A stretch of DNA of 64,000 bases, taken from Tyzzerella sp. UBA1042 (GTDB taxonomy: Bacteria > Bacillota > Clostridia > Lachnospirales > Anaerotignaceae). The stretch lies in contig DCDZ01000028.1 of assembly GCA_002316675.1 (NCBI GenBank), positions 3,002 to 67,001 of the forward strand, given 5' to 3'. Of this stretch, positions 58,035 through 64,000 are shown in pieces. The translations under genes and the position numbers were made by a program. The notes beneath the pieces are model-generated. The model saw only the letters and a program-made list of their open reading frames with translations, was not told the DNA's origin and did no database searches. Every line of letters begins with the position of its first letter. Positions within the stretch are counted from its first letter, which is position 1.

Positions 58035-58620
58035 AAAGTCTTATAAACGTTGAAAATACAAGGAAAACTAATGTTTTTGTTTCCCTACATATTGTGGAAA
58101 GCAAGTAATCCGAGAGTTTTGTTAGCTTTCTGAATTTAATTTTTAATGCTTGAAACCCTTGATTTTACGGGCTTTTTGGGACATACTGTTTCAAATTGAG
58201 ATTTTCCTATATGGTAATGGTATATAAAAATTCTCGTAATTAGAAAACTGAACGAACCCAGTAATATCAATAGTTCTGAGTGTTTTTGAAATTTTCTATA
58301 TTATGGAGAAGAATATAAAAATCCGAAAATTAGAAAATTATTTTGAACCCCTATAAACCATTGATTTCTCTAGCTTTACAGGTATCACCTAACAGGGCTG
58401 AGATTTTACTATATGGTAGAGAGGTATAAAATGTGCACTTATGTGGGTTTTAAAATACCACTACTATGGAGGACAAACCTACAAAATTTAATAATGTTCA
58501 TCAAGCTCATAAGAGCATTTGGCTGTAACAGGCTTTTTCTAAAGCCATTAAGAGAAGTAATTCTTAGTGGTTTTTTTATTGCAACAAACCAAACTCACAC
58601 GAAAGGAGGACTCCATTCTA

Positions 58621-58796
58621 TGATTTCCAAAGACAAGGCTGTTGTAATTTTCACAGCAAAAGCAGCCCGTAAGTTATTGAAGTCTGGATTTACCATGATT
58701 GATGTTAAACCAGATAAAAATGATATTGACGGCAAACGTAGTGTATTTGTATTCAAGTACCAAGATGGAATTTTTGAAATGTTAAACGAGAAGTAA
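58621..58796 (+). CDS. small phage protein (58 aa)
   Basis: MISKDKAVVIFTAKAARKLLKSGFTMIDVKPDKND...VFVFKYQDG after an AAAGGAGG RBS. The longer ORF-track start (58413) has no RBS and reads as low-complexity sequence. Confidence 0.5.
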
Positions 58797-58825
58797 TTGT
58801 AAAGCACAAAAGGAGCGAATTGAGA

Positions 58826-59965
58826 ATGACCGGTAGATATTTAGATACAAGTAATTTTAAAATTGACAAGGAATTTCAAGAATTATTACCACCATTGGCA
58901 CCAGATGAATATGAAAAATTACAGCAAAATATCCTTGCTTATGGGTTACTAGACCCGATTAAAATTTGGTGTTCTCCTGACGGTAATAACATTATTGTTG
59001 ATGGACATAACCGTTATAGAGTTATCCAAGAGAACAACTTAGAGTTGAATTCATGGACTGATTATAAGATTATGTCTGAATTGCAAACAAGAGAAGATGT
59101 AAAAGAATGGATGTTAGAACAGCAATTAGGGCGAAGAAATTTGTCTGATGTAGAGAAATATGAAATTGTCCAAAGGTTTAAATCCCTAATTCAGAATAAG
59201 GCAAAACAGAATAATTCTGATGGTGGTAAAGGTTTGACAAATTTGTCAAAGGTTAATACCAGAAAAGAATTAGCTGAAAAAGTTGGTGTCTCTGAAGGTA
59301 CATATTCAAAGTTGGACAAGGTTATGCAATCTGATAATGAAGAGATAAAGCAGAATTTGCGTAAAAAAGAAATCTCTACGGACAAAGCTTTCAAAATTGT
59401 AAATAATGTGCCAACCAAGAAAGAACCAGAGATAAGAACACCAAAAATTCAAATTGAAGTAATGGACACTAGAATCAGTGAAATTGAAACAGAAGAACAG
59501 AGACTTCAACAGGAAAAAGAAAATATTTTGAAAAGAAGAAAATTTGTATTTGAATCTTTAGATATTCAATGCCCTGTAAAGTATCGGTGGACAGATAGCA
59601 GGACGATGTTTATTGGTATGAATATCACTTTTTACATTGAATATGAAGGACATGAAGAAATCCTACACGAGCAAACCATAATCGAGAAAGTACCAAGTAG
59701 ATATACCCTCAATGAAATACCAGAAAAATATAAAAATGATTTTTTGATGATGTGGGAAAAAGCATACCAAGAACACCTTAAGAGCAAAAATGAATACGAA
59801 AATTTTATAAAAGAATTGTCTACAGCCCCTAAGCCAAGCAATCCGCTAAAAGATGAACTTCTCAAAGCAGGATTCAAGCAACTGGCTAAAATATATCACC
59901 CTGATAATGGCGGTGATGCTAATAAGATGAAAGAATTAAACCAATTAATGGAGGAACTATTATGA
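58826..59965 (+). CDS. ParB/Srx-like N-terminal domain protein with a C-terminal J-domain-like HPD segment
   Basis: LLPPLAPDEYEKLQQNILAYGLLDPIKIW...IVDGHNRYRV is a ParB-like nuclease/NTPase fold. The C-terminus FKQLAKIYHPDNGGDANKMKELNQLMEEL is a DnaJ-type helix II-HPD-helix III segment. Confidence 0.7.
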   Translation: MTGRYLDTSNFKIDKEFQELLPPLAPDEYEKLQQNILAYGLLDPIKIWCSPDGNNIIVDGHNRYRVIQENNLELNSWTDYKIMSELQTREDVKEWMLEQQLGRRNLSDVEKYEIVQRFKSLIQNKAKQNNSDGGKGLTNLSKVNTRKELAEKVGVSEGTYSKLDKVMQSDNEEIKQNLRKKEISTDKAFKIVNNVPTKKEPEIRTPKIQIEVMDTRISEIETEEQRLQQEKENILKRRKFVFESLDIQCPVKYRWTDSRTMFIGMNITFYIEYEGHEEILHEQTIIEKVPSRYTLNEIPEKYKNDFLMMWEKAYQEHLKSKNEYENFIKELSTAPKPSNPLKDELLKAGFKQLAKIYHPDNGGDANKMKELNQLMEELL

Positions 59966-60159
59966 TGAACAACGTGAAGTATATCTACAATCCAACGCAA
60001 GCAAAATTTTATATTCAAAATGGAGTATTACCTTTAGATGTAGACTTAAACATTAAAACTATGAAAAAATTCTGGGTATTTGACACAGCAAGCAGTGCCG
60101 TTATTTATGACAAATGGTGTAAACAATGTGAAGAATATAGAAAACAGAAACAAGCATAG
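59962..60159 (+). CDS. hypothetical phage protein
   Basis: 65-aa ORF whose start overlaps the previous stop (ATGA). Confidence 0.5.
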   Translation: MMNNVKYIYNPTQAKFYIQNGVLPLDVDLNIKTMKKFWVFDTASSAVIYDKWCKQCEEYRKQKQA

Positions 60160-60181
60160 TTAGGAGGTTTATTTAAAAATT

Positions 60182-60712
60182 ATGGTAATATCAGAAAAAG
60201 TTAAGACGGGTCATAAAGTAATTGACGATACTGGCGAAATCATCATGGAATTATGCGAGGGTGACAGAATTGTTACCAAACAACAAGATGAACATGCGGT
60301 TGAGCATATTATTAATTTTAATAAAACAGTTCCATTTGTCAAAGTATATTTATGTGAACATAATGACTTATATGAGGAATTATCTGGAACAGAAGTTATT
60401 ACAATTAGCACACTAATTAATTACATATCATATAAAGATAATATCCTTAGAATTAATGATAAGCCTATGAAGATTAAAGATATTTCCGAGGTCACTCGCA
60501 AAGACTATGATAATATGAAAAAATTAATTTCGTCTTTAGAGAAAAAAGAAGTTGTGAAGAAAATAAAATGGTTTGATGAAAAATGCAATAAGGAAATGAA
60601 CTGTATTGTAGTCAATCCATTCTTATTTTTTCGTGGCAGAGATATTAAAAAAGATATTGTAGAGTTATTCAAAGATAGTAAATGGAGTAAAATTTCTTAC
60701 AAAAAGGGGTAA
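60182..60712 (+). CDS. hypothetical phage protein
   Basis: 176-aa ORF with an AGGAGG RBS upstream. No motif recognised. Confidence 0.55.
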   Translation: MVISEKVKTGHKVIDDTGEIIMELCEGDRIVTKQQDEHAVEHIINFNKTVPFVKVYLCEHNDLYEELSGTEVITISTLINYISYKDNILRINDKPMKIKDISEVTRKDYDNMKKLISSLEKKEVVKKIKWFDEKCNKEMNCIVVNPFLFFRGRDIKKDIVELFKDSKWSKISYKKG

Positions 60713-61178
60713 AAATTACCCCCTAAATTTTCAAAGAAATCCTGTATTTATAGGGTTTTCGGGCATTTTTGCTCTTCTTATATCTCCCTGAATAACTCAG
60801 AGTGGTAACAGGTGAAAGTTATAGTGGTACAAGGTTAGAATACTTTACAGGATATTGCTAAAATTAAGGAATCGTAATATTCAGAAAAATTATTAGTTTC
60901 TAAATAAGATAATTCTGGATTGTGGAACGACAGTGACACAAGACAAGGTGTGAACTTGCTTGCAAGTTTGCAGCTAAAGTTTGCAGCTAAGGGTTTTAAC
61001 ATTCAAAGGTAATCGTGTTCTTGGGGGAAAGTCACAATGTTCGCTACGCTCCATTGTTTCCTTACATTTCCCCCAAACCCCCATTGTAATTTAAATTTTA
61101 ATTTTACTCTTAGTACCTTTTGATTATAGAAGGTACTTTTTTAATTGAAAAAAATAACTATATACACAGAAAGGTAAT

Positions 61179-61715
61179 GTGATAAATAATATGAGTAACT
61201 ATCAATTCAATAAAGACTTAGAGCATGGTAAAATCGGAGAAAAGTGGTTCCATGATTTCTGCATCGACAAAGGAATTGTTTGTATCAATGTGGGTAAGGA
61301 TAATTTTCTTGGCATTGACAGTGGAATTGATTTTATTGTGCAATATCAGGACAACACTATTGCAAAATTTGATGTAAAATTTGATTCTGTTATGCATCGT
61401 ACTGGTAATATGTTTATCGAAATGTATCAGGACACAGGTAAAAAAGGTTGGTATTATAATTCCAAATCGACTTGTTATTGTTACATTGATGGATACAATG
61501 GAATTCTTTGGATGTACACCAAAAAAGCTTTAGAAGAATACATAAATAATCATAAGACTATGCTGAGAAGCACCACCAATCAGATTGATGAACGTATGGT
61601 AACAGGCTTACTTATCAATATTGGAAAATTTGCTGGGTGGTGTAAAGAGAATAATCATACTCTGGTGAAGTATGTGCGGATGCTGGATATTGAGGATATT
61701 GACGAGGTACTATGA
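61179..61715 (+). CDS. hypothetical phage protein, possible PD-(D/E)xK-like fold
   Basis: 178-aa ORF. GIDFIV...AKFDVKFD is a weak D...(D/E)xK pattern only. Confidence 0.5.
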   Translation: MINNMSNYQFNKDLEHGKIGEKWFHDFCIDKGIVCINVGKDNFLGIDSGIDFIVQYQDNTIAKFDVKFDSVMHRTGNMFIEMYQDTGKKGWYYNSKSTCYCYIDGYNGILWMYTKKALEEYINNHKTMLRSTTNQIDERMVTGLLINIGKFAGWCKENNHTLVKYVRMLDIEDIDEVL

Positions 61716-61772
61716 TTTAGCACTAAACATTATTTAGGGGTGGGGTCAAATTGAGCCTACCTCTATTATATT

Positions 61773-61994
61773 ATGGAGGTTATTATGAGTGAAAATTATA
61801 AAATTACAATACAAAATCTATTGACTGTGAAAAGTATCATTACAATATTATTGACTGCTATTTTCAGCTATTTAGCTGTTGTCGGCAGAATCAGCGGAGA
61901 GCAGTTTTTAACCATCTTCAGCGTGGTAATTGCTTTTTATTTTGGCACTCAATACCAAAAAAACTGTGACAGTGGAGGTGAATTAAATGAGTGA
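61773..61994 (+). CDS. holin-like small membrane protein
   Basis: 73 aa with two hydrophobic segments (SIITILLTAIFSYLAVVG, FLTIFSVVIAFYFG). It overlaps the start of the peptidase gene. Confidence 0.5.
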   Translation: MEVIMSENYKITIQNLLTVKSIITILLTAIFSYLAVVGRISGEQFLTIFSVVIAFYFGTQYQKNCDSGGELNE

Positions 61995-62550
61995 TATTAC
62001 TAAAGCTTGTAGAGATATTCAAGAATTATCTGCACAGGCTCAAATAGCTTGTAATCTCTTCATGGCTGAATGTAAAAAGGCTGGGCTGAATGTTCTTATC
62101 ACTGAAACATATCGCTCTCAGTCACGTCAGAATTGGCTATATGAGCAGGGCAGAACTAGAGACGGAAACATTGTCACGTGGACAAAGAACAGTAATCATA
62201 CCGGAAGAATGGCGTGGGATATTTGTAAGAATGTAAGAGGGCAGGAATATTCCGATGCTGCTTTCTTTACCAAGTGCGGCGAGGTTGCTAAAAAGTTGGG
62301 TATCACTTGGGGCGGTACATGGAGTACACCAGATAAGCCACATTTTGAGATTAATAAGCGTTGGAAGTCACCTATTAAGGAGGACACTGAAATGGTTGAA
62401 AAGGATATGCTTATTGTTAATGGTAAAGAATTTACTGTTGAAATGATTCGTAAGGATGGTTATACATATATCAAGACACAGGATATTGGTAAAGCTTTAG
62501 AACTGAAAGTAAGCAATCAAGGTAGAATTCCTGTGTTAGGGAAGAAATAA
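61987..62550 (+). CDS. M15-family cell-wall peptidase (VanY / L-alanyl-D-glutamate peptidase-like endolysin)
   Basis: ITETYRSQSRQNWLYEQGR, NSNHTGRMAWDI and WGGTWSTPDKPHFE are M15 Zn-peptidase motifs. A C-terminal extra domain is present. Confidence 0.8.
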   Translation: MSDITKACRDIQELSAQAQIACNLFMAECKKAGLNVLITETYRSQSRQNWLYEQGRTRDGNIVTWTKNSNHTGRMAWDICKNVRGQEYSDAAFFTKCGEVAKKLGITWGGTWSTPDKPHFEINKRWKSPIKEDTEMVEKDMLIVNGKEFTVEMIRKDGYTYIKTQDIGKALELKVSNQGRIPVLGKK

Positions 62551-62645
62551 TCAATAATTTATATTTTCTATTGACGTACAGAATATTGTACTGTATAATC
62601 TAATTATAAACGTACAGCATATTGTACTAGATGGAGGTGTATATA

Positions 62646-62909
62646 ATGCTGGCTGTGAACTATACAAACTTAAGAGACAATATGAAAGCTTATATGGATA
62701 AGGTGACTGATGATTATGAGACTATGATTGTTACCAGAAAAGATAATAAGAATGTTGTCATGCTGTCAGAGGAAGCTTATAATAATCTTCTTGAAAACAG
62801 TTATATTATGAGCCATAAAATTAATTTTGATTGGTTGATGGAATCTAAAGCCCAGCTGGAAAATGGGAATGTGAAAACTCATGAGTTAGTAGAGGCGGAA
62901 GATGAATAA
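62646..62909 (+). CDS. yefM: Phd/YefM family antitoxin
   Basis: MLAVNYTNLRDNMKAYMDKVTDDYETMIVTRKDNKNVVMLS is typical of YefM. It overlaps the toxin gene start. Confidence 0.85.
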   Translation: MLAVNYTNLRDNMKAYMDKVTDDYETMIVTRKDNKNVVMLSEEAYNNLLENSYIMSHKINFDWLMESKAQLENGNVKTHELVEAEDE

Positions 62910-63165
62910 AGTCTTTACTGATAACGGTTGGAAGGATTATGAATATTGGCAGACAGAGGATAGAAAAACTTTAAAGAAAATAAACCTTCTTTTGCAGGAT
63001 ATCGAGAGAAATGGGAATATTGGCATAGGCAAGCCGGAGCCATTAACAGGTAATTTATCAGGGTTTTGGAGTAGAAGAGTAAGTGATAAGGATAGGCTGA
63101 TTTATAGAATTGATGATAAGAATATTTATATATTGGCTTGTAGGTATCATTACGGAGATAAATAA
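62902..63165 (+). CDS. yoeB: Txe/YoeB family toxin
   Basis: WKDYEYWQTEDRKTLKKINLLLQDIERN...GKPEPL...LSGFWSRRVSDKDRLIYRI...ILACRYHY is typical of YoeB. Confidence 0.85.
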   Translation: MNKVFTDNGWKDYEYWQTEDRKTLKKINLLLQDIERNGNIGIGKPEPLTGNLSGFWSRRVSDKDRLIYRIDDKNIYILACRYHYGDK

Positions 63166-63233
63166 GTTTAAATAAAGGGACTTCTTATGGAGCCCTTTTT
63201 TAATTGGAAAAATTTTAGAGAGGAAGTGATAAT

Positions 63234-63647
63234 ATGGCTAACAATGAAAGAGATGTAAGGGGAAGATTCAAAGTTCATGAGGATTTATCTCCAATTCAAT
63301 TAAAAATGATTGTAGAATTGCTTGATAATGGTGGAAATAAGACTGAAGCCTGTCGTAAATTAGGTGTACCTCGTACAACTCTGTATACATGGATTGACAA
63401 TACAAATTGGCAAGAAGAGTATAAAAGAGCGTGTGAGAGGTTGTATAAGGTAAGTTTAGCTAAATACATGGATAAGCTTGATAAAATGCTGGAATGTAAG
63501 GACAATAGAACGGTTATGAAAGCGTTGGAAACTGGTTTGAGGTTGAATGGGTACTTAAATACCAACTTGAACGTAGAGCAAAACACCACAGAAACTATTA
63601 CAATTAAGCTTATAGATGATAGTAATAATGATGAAAATGAAGAATAA
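63234..63647 (+). CDS. phage terminase small subunit-like HTH protein
   Basis: LSPIQLKMIVELLDNGGNKTEACRKLGVPRTTLYTWI is the HTH typical of terS, with an acidic C-terminal tail. Confidence 0.6.
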   Translation: MANNERDVRGRFKVHEDLSPIQLKMIVELLDNGGNKTEACRKLGVPRTTLYTWIDNTNWQEEYKRACERLYKVSLAKYMDKLDKMLECKDNRTVMKALETGLRLNGYLNTNLNVEQNTTETITIKLIDDSNNDENEE

Positions 63648-64000
63648 TTATTACCGTCATTATTACAATGAAATATGTGTGATATAAGTGTGTGCCTAAT
63701 TGATAAAGCGTTTCAGTGAGAATAACTATTCGCAAAAGAAATGTTATACGAATAGTTGTATAACTTCACAGTGATAAAGGATGCTTGATATTACTGGATT
63801 CGTAGCATATATAAAACTATAGTGTAATCTGCACAATGGTAATTCATAGGTAAATAAGGTAAAACAAAAGTTTTACTTACATTTCATTGTGTAGATTGCA
63901 TAGAAAAATAGCTGTAATTGTGTGCTGATATTAAAGAATTATTATTGTTAATTTGCACAATGAAAACAGGGTAAATGAGGATAAGGGCGCACCCACCCAA

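Larger units (their letters stand above)
53420..64000. mobile_element. prophage or phage-derived island; left end near 53.42-53.58 kb, right end beyond the window
   Basis: There is an abrupt shift to visibly AT-richer sequence right after the gap paralog. Contents include an integrase, an XRE repressor with operators, a NUMOD4 protein, a ParB-like protein, a holin-like protein, an M15 peptidase, YefM/YoeB and a small terminase. Confidence 0.7.

Overview
This window looks like chromosome from a spore-forming Clostridia-type Firmicute, judged from gene content only. The main result is that the late mother-cell sigma factor gene sigK is split. Its 5' part lies at 47677-48318 (minus strand) and ends inside the region 4.2 helix-turn-helix at ...LGISRSY. 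The missing 3' part, VSRIEKKALKKLNNALKD-stop, lies about 34.6 kb away on the same strand at 13065-13121. The DNA between them (about 13122-47679) therefore behaves like a skin-type sigK intervening element, and three tandem large serine recombinases sit at its right end (43451-47630). Its cargo is not phage-like. It carries a complete Gram-positive type IV pilus locus (13343-27231) that includes a 1343-aa modular pilin. It also carries two adjacent catabolic blocks that together read as uracil -> beta-alanine -> beta-alanyl-CoA -> acryloyl-CoA -> propionyl-CoA: acyl-CoA dehydrogenase, EtfBA, hotdog lyase-like proteins, a family III CoA-transferase, a MerR regulator, dihydropyrimidinase, an NCS1 permease, an M20 amidohydrolase and PreT/PreA. 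Left of the element are ordinary genes: a partial flavodoxin-like gene, a CYTH-phosphatase-CHAD fusion, a decayed chemoreceptor pseudogene, a CPBP protease, a TPR protein, folC, mltG, an O-methyltransferase, a U32 peptidase and MarR. Right of it are spoIIAA-spoIIAB-sigF, two tandem GAPDH paralogs, and from about 53.4 kb a visibly AT-richer prophage-like region. That region contains a frameshifted tyrosine integrase, an XRE repressor with operators, a ParB-like protein, a holin plus M15 peptidase, YefM/YoeB and a small terminase, and it runs off the window. I found no rRNA, tRNA or CRISPR array. All functional calls come from reading motifs by eye, with no database search.
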